Shown here one piece after another: positions 25,731 through 32,739 of a DNA stretch of 40,389 bases. Source of the DNA: Deltaproteobacteria bacterium (lineage in GTDB: Bacteria; Desulfobacterota; Desulfobulbia; Desulfobulbales; SURF-16). The notes beneath the pieces were generated by a model, which was not told the DNA's origin, did no database searches, and worked only from the letters and a program-made list of their open reading frames with translations. The stretch is from contig JAOZSN010000003.1 of NCBI GenBank assembly GCA_029939635.1, positions 1 to 40,389 of the forward strand. Reading direction: 5' to 3'. Numbering within the stretch: position 1 is the first letter of the stretch; every line of letters starts with the position of its first letter. The translations under genes and the position numbers were made by a program.

Positions 25731-28700
25731 ATGATTGCCCTAAAGCTACGTAGTCACTTTATCATCTATTTGACTCTTATTACTCTGGTTCTGTCGCTAA
25801 TTTTGGTCTATCTCTTGACCAATCGTTTAGCCGAGCAGGCCCTGCTGGGTTTAGATGAGTATGGTCAGGCCATGACTATGAACAGCGCTCTTATCTCTGC
25901 TGATTATCTGCTTACCGAGGACTATGCCACTCTGCAACAGTTTGCCGAGGATTATGCCAGTCGACCCAAGGTAAAAAAAGTCAGTATTGCTGATCGCTAT
26001 GGCTCCACCATTGCTTCTTCTGATATGAGTCGATTGGGTCAGCACTTAGCGGGGTCCCGTGCGGAGTGGGGAGAGGGAAGCACCTGCGAGATTAGTAGGG
26101 ATGCTGATGGCAAGGGACAGCTTATCGTCATGGCACCAATCAAGATGGATACCGTGCTTATTGGTTTTACCAAGGTGGTGATTTGCATGGATGCCATGGA
26201 GGCCTCTGTTGCTGCCAGTCGTCGCCAGGGGATATTGGTTGGTTTGGTCGCTTGGTGTTTGAGTGTTCTCTTTGGTCTCTATGTCGCAGGAAGCTTAAGT
26301 AAGCCCATGCAGCAGTTGACCAGGCGGGCTAACAAGATCAAGGCAGGTGATTTTAGCAGTGAGGAAGAGGTGGGCCAGCAGGTTCGTGAGCTGGGGGAAT
26401 TTTCCCAGGCCCTCAACGTCATGGCCAAGACCATCGGTGCCCGGGAAAAATCTCTGCGGGAAATGGTGGCTAATCTTGACATCTTACCCACCCCGGTTTT
26501 CTCCATTGATGCCCAGTTCCTTGTAACCTATATAAATCCAGCCGGGGCGGCGGCAGCCCATCTGACCCCGGCAGAATGTCTGGGCCATAAATGTGCGGAA
26601 CTGTTCAATACCCCCATCTGTAATACGGCCCACTGTCCCATGCGCCAGGCCATGGACAGTGGCCTGGTGAGTAATGGTGAAACCACCATTGGCCGTAATC
26701 AAGAGATTATACCCGTAAAGTTTACCACGGTGGCCTTTCGTGATGGGGATGGAGTGGTAACCGGTGGCCTGGAAAGTTTTATTGATATCTCAGAGTTACA
26801 GCACGCCTTTGCCCAGGCAGAGCTGGAGAATACGCTGCGTAATGCCCAGCTTGAGATCAGCGATAGATTACGGGGGGAGCAGGATGAGGAAACTCTCTGC
26901 ACTACCCTGCTGCGTGAACTTGCCAAGCATATTCCTTTTCAGGCTGGCACAATTTATCTGGTGGGTGAAGGTCATCTCCTTAATTTGCTGGCCAGTTATG
27001 CTGGCCAGCATAACTTTGAGTCTCGCCCTGTCTTTCATTTTGGCGAAGGTATCACCGGCCAGGCAGCCGTGGAAAAAAGACCCATTATGCTCAGCAACAT
27101 CCCGGATGATTATGTGCCGGTGTTATCCGCTTCCGGTAGCAGCATGCCTCGTCATATAATTGCCCTGCCCATTCTCTTTGAAGGCCATGTTTCGGGAGTG
27201 ATAGAGTTGGCGACCTTGAATGAGTTTGATGGCTTTTCCTTGGAATTGTTAGATCGGGTTCTGGAGAATGCCGCCATTGCCATTAATATGGCCCAGGCCA
27301 GGGCACGGGTTGGTCTATTGCTGGGCCAGACCCAGCAACAGGCTGAGGAGTTACAGTCTCAGCAGGAGGAGTTGCAGGCCAGCAATGAGGAGTTGCGTGA
27401 GCAGACTCAAGCCCTGCAAAAAACAGAAACCCAGCTCCAGCAGCAGGCGGAAGAACTCCAATCACAACAGGAGGAACTCCAGGTCACCAACGAGGAGTTG
27501 GCTGAACGGACGCAGAATCTGGAGCTCCAGCAAAACGAGGTGAGTCGAAAAAATGAGGCCTTGGCCACCCAACGTAATGAACTGCTCCATAAGACCGAGG
27601 CGCTTGAGACCAGCAATCGTTATAAGGCTGAGTTTTTGGCAAACATGTCCCATGAATTACGCACGCCGCTCAACTCTATTCTCATCCTCTCCCAACTCTT
27701 TGCCACCAATAAGGAGGGCAACCTGAATGGTAAGCAGTTGGAGTTTGCCCGCACCATCAATAGTTCTGGTACAGAACTCCTTACCCTTATTAACGAGGTG
27801 CTTGATCTGTCTAAGGTGGAGGCCGGTCATGTCCAACTGGACATTGTATCTTTAGATTTGCGTGATTTTTTGGACGCCATGGAACAGTCATTTGCTCCGG
27901 TTGCGACAGAGCGTAATATTACCCTGGTTACAGAGTTGCTTGATGTGCCGGCAAGCATAACTACCGATGCCCAGAAGTTGTTACAGGTTGTTAAAAATCT
28001 GCTGTCTAATGCCTTGAAATTTACTGAAAAGGGGGAGGTGCGGCTGCGTATCAGTCGGCCACCGGCAGATATGGATTGTGGAGTGCTGGCTGGTCGAGAC
28101 GGTGTGGCCATATCAGTTATGGATAGCGGTATTGGTATTGCCCCTGAAAAGCAAGATCTCATCTTTGAGGCCTTCCAGCAGGTGGATGGCTCCATAAGCC
28201 GCCGCTATGGCGGCACAGGTCTTGGTCTCTCCATTGCCAAGGAGTTTGCTGGCCTGTTAGGTGGAGAGATCCGCCTGACCAGTGAGGTTGGTCACGGTTC
28301 ATGCTTTACCGTCCTGGTGCCAGATATTCTTGCTGAACAATCTGTCCAGGAGGGTGAGACCACAAAGGTGGTCAGCGTTGCCCCTGTTGTTCTCCCTGCG
28401 GAGAAAAAGGAGTCGGTTCTAAAGGCAGGCCAACAGGCGGAAGAGGACAGGGCAGAGGAGGGGCAGGATGTTGCTGATGATCGGAAGAATTTGGCAGATG
28501 ATGACAAGATTCTGTTGATAATCGAGGATGATTCGGCCTTTAGTGAGGTTCTTGCTGATTTGGCCCATGAACGTGGTTTTAAGTGTGTCCTGGCCAGTGA
28601 TGGTGAGAGTGGTCTCCATTATGCTGATTATTATCAGCCTGGTGCCATTATTCTTGATATTGGTCTGCCTGGCATGGATGGCTGGCAGGTCATGGATAGT

Positions 28701-29675
28701 CTGAAGAAAAATTCCAAGACCAGTCATATCCCGGTTCATTTTATGTCTGCTGCTGATAAATCCCAACAGGCCAGGGAAATGGGTGCTATTGGTTATCTGG
28801 TGAAACCGGTAAGTGTGGAAAAGGTGCAGGAAACCTTTGCCATGCTGGAGGATGAGATCAGCCGCACTGTGAAAAAATTACTCATCGTTGAAGATCACCG
28901 TGATCAACGACGCAGTATGGTGGAGTTGATCAGTGACCCCCATATCGATATAAGCGGGGTGGCCACAGGTACTGAGGCCTGGAAACTGCTCAAAAAGGCC
29001 TCCTTTGACTGTATGATCCTTGATCTTGGTCTACAAGACATGGAGGGCTTCAAGTTGCTGGAGATGATCCGGGGCGATGAGGCACTCTGTAACCTACCGG
29101 TTATTATCTATACAGGCCGGGAGTTAACTCCGGATGAGGATGAGAAACTACGCCATTATTCATCGTCAATTATCATCAAGGGGGTCCAGTCACCAGAGAG
29201 GTTGCTGGCTGAGACCACCCTGTTCCTCCATCAGGTTGAGGCTGACCTGCCCGAGGATAAACAGCGCATGCTGGCCATGGCCCATAAGCGGGAGGATATC
29301 TTTGCGGCCAAAAAGGTATTGGTGGTGGATGATGATATGCGCAACGTCTTTGCCCTCTCCAGCGTATTGGAAGAAAAGGGCATGGAGGTGTTGGCCGCAG
29401 AAAACGGCAAAAAGGCCCTGGATATACTGGACAAAATTCAAGGTGTCAGCGTGGTGTTGATGGATATTATGATGCCGGAGATGGATGGTTTTGAGGCCAT
29501 GGCCCGGATTCGTTCCCAAGCCAAGTTTGCTAAACTTCCCATCATCGCCCTGACTGCCAAGGCCATGAAGGGTGATCGCCATAAATGCATTGAGGCTGGA
29601 GCCAATGATTATTTGGCCAAGCCGGTGGATGTGGAGAGACTTGTTTCTATGTTGCGGGTGTGGCTGTGTCAGTGA
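25731..29675 (+). CDS. Large hybrid sensor kinase HK2 (TM, sensor, TM, HAMP, Cys4-PAS, GAF, EELQ coiled coil, HisKA, HATPase, REC x3)
   Basis: 1314 aa. It contains HAMP (KPMQQLTRRANKIKAGDF), a PAS domain with C283/C288/C297/C302, and a GAF domain. It also has a duplicated 28-aa QQAEELQSQQEELQ(A/V)(S/T)NEEL coil and the H-box FLANMSHELRTPLN (His641). The G boxes are DSGIGI and GGTGLGLSI. The three receivers carry the motifs LLIIEDD, LLIVEDH and VLVVDDD. Confidence 0.93.
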   Translation: MIALKLRSHFIIYLTLITLVLSLILVYLLTNRLAEQALLGLDEYGQAMTMNSALISADYLLTEDYATLQQFAEDYASRPKVKKVSIADRYGSTIASSDMSRLGQHLAGSRAEWGEGSTCEISRDADGKGQLIVMAPIKMDTVLIGFTKVVICMDAMEASVAASRRQGILVGLVAWCLSVLFGLYVAGSLSKPMQQLTRRANKIKAGDFSSEEEVGQQVRELGEFSQALNVMAKTIGAREKSLREMVANLDILPTPVFSIDAQFLVTYINPAGAAAAHLTPAECLGHKCAELFNTPICNTAHCPMRQAMDSGLVSNGETTIGRNQEIIPVKFTTVAFRDGDGVVTGGLESFIDISELQHAFAQAELENTLRNAQLEISDRLRGEQDEETLCTTLLRELAKHIPFQAGTIYLVGEGHLLNLLASYAGQHNFESRPVFHFGEGITGQAAVEKRPIMLSNIPDDYVPVLSASGSSMPRHIIALPILFEGHVSGVIELATLNEFDGFSLELLDRVLENAAIAINMAQARARVGLLLGQTQQQAEELQSQQEELQASNEELREQTQALQKTETQLQQQAEELQSQQEELQVTNEELAERTQNLELQQNEVSRKNEALATQRNELLHKTEALETSNRYKAEFLANMSHELRTPLNSILILSQLFATNKEGNLNGKQLEFARTINSSGTELLTLINEVLDLSKVEAGHVQLDIVSLDLRDFLDAMEQSFAPVATERNITLVTELLDVPASITTDAQKLLQVVKNLLSNALKFTEKGEVRLRISRPPADMDCGVLAGRDGVAISVMDSGIGIAPEKQDLIFEAFQQVDGSISRRYGGTGLGLSIAKEFAGLLGGEIRLTSEVGHGSCFTVLVPDILAEQSVQEGETTKVVSVAPVVLPAEKKESVLKAGQQAEEDRAEEGQDVADDRKNLADDDKILLIIEDDSAFSEVLADLAHERGFKCVLASDGESGLHYADYYQPGAIILDIGLPGMDGWQVMDSLKKNSKTSHIPVHFMSAADKSQQAREMGAIGYLVKPVSVEKVQETFAMLEDEISRTVKKLLIVEDHRDQRRSMVELISDPHIDISGVATGTEAWKLLKKASFDCMILDLGLQDMEGFKLLEMIRGDEALCNLPVIIYTGRELTPDEDEKLRHYSSSIIIKGVQSPERLLAETTLFLHQVEADLPEDKQRMLAMAHKREDIFAAKKVLVVDDDMRNVFALSSVLEEKGMEVLAAENGKKALDILDKIQGVSVVLMDIMMPEMDGFEAMARIRSQAKFAKLPIIALTAKAMKGDRHKCIEAGANDYLAKPVDVERLVSMLRVWLCQ

Positions 29676-29684
29676 TTAAAAAAA

Positions 29685-30194
29685 TTGAACATCGAACGTC
29701 CAACATCGAACATCGAATGATGAATGAAAAGACAAAAGATGAAGACACAAACGTATGATTTGGAAGAGCGGTTGCTTGAGTATTCTGTACGAATTATAAA
29801 AATTGTTGAGCAGTTGCCAAACTCAAGAACGGGTAATCATGTTGCTGGGCAGTTATTACGCTCAGGAACATCGCCCTATCCAAATCATGGTGAGGCTCAG
29901 GCCGCTGAGTCACCAAATGATTTTATTCATAAGTTGCGTATCTCTCTAAAGGAGCTACGGGAATCGCAAAGATGGTTAAAGTTAAGTCAAAGGATCCCAC
30001 TCATAACAAAACCTGAGCTATTGGATAATATTTTGCTGGAGACAGAAGAGTTAATTAAGATTTTTGTAACCAGTATTAAGACGGCAGAGAAGAATAAGAG
30101 AAGGTGAATATGCTATCTCCTTGTCAATTAGTTAGAGCGCAGCTATTTCCTCATTCGACGTTGAACGTTCGATGTTCGATGTTCGACGTTCATC
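29685..30194. mobile_element. Heptamer-armed inverted-repeat cassette, copy E, carrying a four-helix-bundle protein gene
   Basis: The left arm is TTGAACATCGAACGTCCAACATCGAACATCGAATGATGAATG (29685-29726). The right arm is CATTCGACGTTGAACGTTCGATGTTCGATGTTCGACGTTCATC (30152-30194). They enclose ORF 29724-30107 and a 44-nt tail homologous to the cores of the short copies. Confidence 0.7.
29724..30107 (+). CDS. Four-helix-bundle protein (23S rRNA intervening-sequence protein family; Avd-like)
   Basis: 127 aa. YDLEERLLEYSVRIIKIVEQLP...GNHVAGQLLRSGTSPYPNHGEAQAAES..DFIHKLRISLKELRESQRWL matches the TIGR02436/PF05635-type pattern. An alternative ATG lies at 29739. Confidence 0.82.
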   Translation: MKRQKMKTQTYDLEERLLEYSVRIIKIVEQLPNSRTGNHVAGQLLRSGTSPYPNHGEAQAAESPNDFIHKLRISLKELRESQRWLKLSQRIPLITKPELLDNILLETEELIKIFVTSIKTAEKNKRR

Positions 30195-30206
30195 TTCTTC
30201 AAGGAT

Positions 30207-31043
30207 GTGCCAGTGACAACTGATCATGAAACCTCAAAAATCGAAGTCACCCTCCTTCTAGAGGCGATCTATCTGAAGTACGGCTATGATTTCCGCAATT
30301 ATTCCAGTGCCCATATCAGGCGCCGGATCAGGCGGCGTCAGGAGTTGACAGGTATGGAGAATATCTCGGCCATGCAGCATCGTCTCCTCCATGATGAAGA
30401 GTTTTTTCAGACCGTACTATATGACCTGTCGATTAATGTTACGGAGATGTTTCGTGATCCTGCCTTCTATCTGGCTGTACGTGAGAAAGTTGTGCCGATT
30501 TTGGCCACCCATTCTTTTATAAAGGTCTGGCATGCAGGTTGTTCAACCGGAGAGGAACTTTACTCCATGGCTATCCTGCTCAAGGAGGCAGGGTTGTATG
30601 ATCGTTTGCAGCTTTATGGCACTGATTTTAACGAATTAGTTTTACAGAAGGCCAGGGAAGGGATTGTGCCGGCCAAGGCGATAAAGGATTATACCGATAA
30701 TTATCAACGGGGCGGTGGCATCAGTTCATTTTCAGACTACTACACCGCAAAATATGAGCGTGCCTTGCTGGCTCCAGAGCTAAAAAAAAAGATACTCTTT
30801 GCCAATCATAACCTGGTCACCGATCAGGTCTTTGGGGAGATGCAGATGATTGTCTGTCGCAACGTGCTTATTTATTTTAGTCGAGAATTGCAAAAAAAGG
30901 TTATCACCCTTTTTTACGACAGCCTCTGTCGCGGCGGCATCCTCTGTCTTGGCAGCAGAGAGAGTCTGCAATTTTCAGGGTTGGCAGATCGTTTCAGCCA
31001 GCTGGTGGATGGTGAGCAGATTTATCAGAAGATGTATGAGTGA
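30207..31043 (+). CDS. cheR: CheR-type protein-glutamate O-methyltransferase
   Basis: Has the CheR N-terminal helical domain (YGYDFRNY, TEMFRDP) and the SAM-binding fold (VWHAGCSTGEELYSMAILL, IVCRNVLIYF). The start is GTG 30207 or 30213 (AAGGA RBS). Confidence 0.9.
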   Translation: MPVTTDHETSKIEVTLLLEAIYLKYGYDFRNYSSAHIRRRIRRRQELTGMENISAMQHRLLHDEEFFQTVLYDLSINVTEMFRDPAFYLAVREKVVPILATHSFIKVWHAGCSTGEELYSMAILLKEAGLYDRLQLYGTDFNELVLQKAREGIVPAKAIKDYTDNYQRGGGISSFSDYYTAKYERALLAPELKKKILFANHNLVTDQVFGEMQMIVCRNVLIYFSRELQKKVITLFYDSLCRGGILCLGSRESLQFSGLADRFSQLVDGEQIYQKMYE

Positions 31044-31050
31044 AAAGGAA

Positions 31051-31184
31051 TGAATGCCGAACATCGAACATTGAACATTGAACAGCGAATTTTGAATGTG
31101 GAAGCCGCTGCGCTCGGATTGATTCAAGGGATTCTGAAATAGATAAATACCTCATTGGGCGTTGGATGTTGGATGTTCGACGTT
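31051..31184. repeat. Heptamer-armed inverted-repeat element, copy B (ORF-less, inverted relative to C/D)
   Basis: The sequence reads GAACATCGAACATTGAACATTGAACAGCGAATTTTGAATGTGGAAGCCGCTGCGCTCGG...CCTCATTGGGCGTTGGATGTTGGATGTTCGACGTT. Its reverse complement aligns with copies C, D and A. Confidence 0.85.
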
Positions 31185-31212
31185 AAGTCTGTAAAATAGT
31201 GCAGGTGAGGCC

Positions 31213-31842
31213 ATGGCACAGCGAGAACAAAAAAAAATAGCCTACGACGCCATCGTCATCGGTGTCTCCTTCGGCGGTCTCCAGGCCCTGTTGTCTCTCT
31301 TGCCGAGCCTGGGTGCTGATTTTCCGGTGCCGATCATGGTGGTGCAGCATCATGCCGCCCAGGCCGATGATTTCTTGGCTCGTCATTTAGATAGCTTGTG
31401 TCAGCTTCAGGTTAAGATGGCTGAGGAAAAGGAGATGGCGCAGGCAGGAGTTGTCTATCTGGCCCCGGCTAATTATCATTTACTGGTAGAGGATAATCAG
31501 AGCCTCTCCCTTTCGGTTGATGAGAAGGTGAATTTTGCCAGACCAGCCATTGATGTCCTCTTTGAGAGTGCTGCAGATGCCTATGGGGCACGGTTGGTTG
31601 GTGTTGTCCTCACCGGTGCCAATAATGATGGTAGTAAGGGCTTGCGATGCATCAAGGAGTATGGTGGTTTGGCTGTGGTGCAGGACCCGCAAACTGCGGA
31701 GGCACCAAGTATGCCAGAGGCTGCCTTGGCAGCGTGCGAGGTGGATCATGTTGTGCCCCTTGCTGAAATAGGAGCGTTTTTGAATACGCTATTAATGGGA
31801 AAAATAAAAGATGAACGTCGAACATCGAACATTCAACATTGA
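31213..31842 (+). CDS. cheB: CheB-type protein-glutamate methylesterase, catalytic domain only (no receiver)
   Basis: 209 aa with GVSFGG (Ser), VVQH (His) and ARPAIDVLF (Asp) triad contexts, plus LTGANNDG. The last 10 codons and the stop lie inside element C. Confidence 0.88.
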   Translation: MAQREQKKIAYDAIVIGVSFGGLQALLSLLPSLGADFPVPIMVVQHHAAQADDFLARHLDSLCQLQVKMAEEKEMAQAGVVYLAPANYHLLVEDNQSLSLSVDEKVNFARPAIDVLFESAADAYGARLVGVVLTGANNDGSKGLRCIKEYGGLAVVQDPQTAEAPSMPEAALAACEVDHVVPLAEIGAFLNTLLMGKIKDERRTSNIQH

Positions 31843-31932
31843 ACATCTAATAAGGTACTATCAAGTTGAATTAGTGAGAGTGAAGCGATTCCTACATTCA
31901 AAATTCGATGTTCAATGTTCGACGTTCATCTG
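31810..31932. repeat. Heptamer-armed inverted-repeat element, copy C (ORF-less)
   Basis: The termini AGATGAACGTCGAACAT and ATGTTCGACGTTCATCT are perfect 17-nt inverted repeats. The core is AATAAGGTACTATCAAGTTGAATTAGTGAGAGTGAAGCGATTCCTACATTCAAAATTCG. Confidence 0.9.
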
Positions 31933-31952
31933 TGAAATTAAAAAATAAGACT

Positions 31953-32606
31953 ATGTCCCCCAAAACTACCATCCTCGCCGTTGATGATCGGCCAGAGAAT
32001 ATCTTAAGTTTAGAAGCCATGCTGGATGACCCTGATCTTAATATCATCTCCGCATCATCTGGTAATGAGGGCTTGGCTTTACTGCTTCAACATGATTGCG
32101 CCCTGGTGCTGCTTGATGTGCAGATGCCAGGGATGAATGGTTTTGAGGTGGCGGAACTCATGCGGGCCAGCAAGAAAACCCGAGAGATACCCATCATCTT
32201 TATTACTGCCATCAGCAAGGAGCGGGAGCATATTTTCAAGGGGTATGAATCGGGTGCGGTGGATTATATCTGTAAGCCGATCCAAGATCCCCTGGTGTTA
32301 CGGAGCAAGGTGCGGGTTTTCTGCCAACTCCATGAACAAAAACGTTTGATTGAGCAAAATTTGGAGGAACTGGCTGAAAAGAATAACCAGTTGGAAAAAC
32401 ACCTTGCTGAAATTCAAACCCTGCGAGGTATCTTGCCCATTTGTGCTGTCTGTAAGAAAATACGGGACGACAAGGGCTATTGGAACCAGTTGGAATCGTA
32501 TATGCATGAACACTCCGAGGTCAGGTTCAGTCATGGCTATTGTCCAGAATGTGCCGAGGCGGCCATGGCAGAGATTGACAAAATGAAAGTGGACAAAGAT
32601 GAGTGA
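31953..32606 (+). CDS. Response regulator: REC, coiled coil, and a Cys/His-rich C-terminal domain
   Basis: Receiver motifs ILAVDDRPEN, LVLLDVQMPGMNG and the conserved Lys context CKP. The C-terminus is PICAVCKKIRDDKGYWNQLESYMHEHSEVRFSHGYCPECAEAA. The start is at ATG 31953; the 31908 start is an artefact of the repeat arm. Confidence 0.9.
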   Translation: MSPKTTILAVDDRPENILSLEAMLDDPDLNIISASSGNEGLALLLQHDCALVLLDVQMPGMNGFEVAELMRASKKTREIPIIFITAISKEREHIFKGYESGAVDYICKPIQDPLVLRSKVRVFCQLHEQKRLIEQNLEELAEKNNQLEKHLAEIQTLRGILPICAVCKKIRDDKGYWNQLESYMHEHSEVRFSHGYCPECAEAAMAEIDKMKVDKDE

Positions 32607-32613
32607 TTAAAAA

Positions 32614-32718
32614 GATGAACATCGAACGTAGAACATTGAACATTCAACGTCGAATAAGGTACTATCTAATTTGAGTGAGAGTGAAGCGAATTCTACATTC
32701 AAAATTCGACGTTCATCT
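32614..32718. repeat. Heptamer-armed inverted-repeat element, copy D (ORF-less, short right arm)
   Basis: The sequence is GATGAACATCGAACGTAGAACATTGAACATTCAACGTCGAATAAGGTACTATCTAATTTGAGTGAGAGTGAAGCGAATTCTACATTCAAAATTCGACGTTCATCTG, nearly collinear with copy C. Confidence 0.9.
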
Positions 32719-32739
32719 GTTAAAATTTAAGATAAGGTC

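Noticed and set aside
26619-26636. c-type haem attachment site in the HK2 PAS domain (CNTAHC)
   Set aside because: The motif is C-x3-H-C, not CxxCH. The domain is also cytoplasmic, lying after the HAMP domain, where c-type haem maturation does not operate.
29724-30107. Diversity-generating retroelement, because the four-helix-bundle protein is Avd-like
   Set aside because: No reverse transcriptase ORF and no template/variable repeat pair with adenine-specific differences is visible anywhere in the window.
29685-32718. CRISPR array as an explanation for the repeated TCGAACA-containing blocks
   Set aside because: The repeat units are 7-nt tandem heptamers arranged as inverted arms. There is no 25-40-nt direct repeat alternating with unique spacers of uniform length. 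The blocks are separated by full-length genes, and no cas genes are present.
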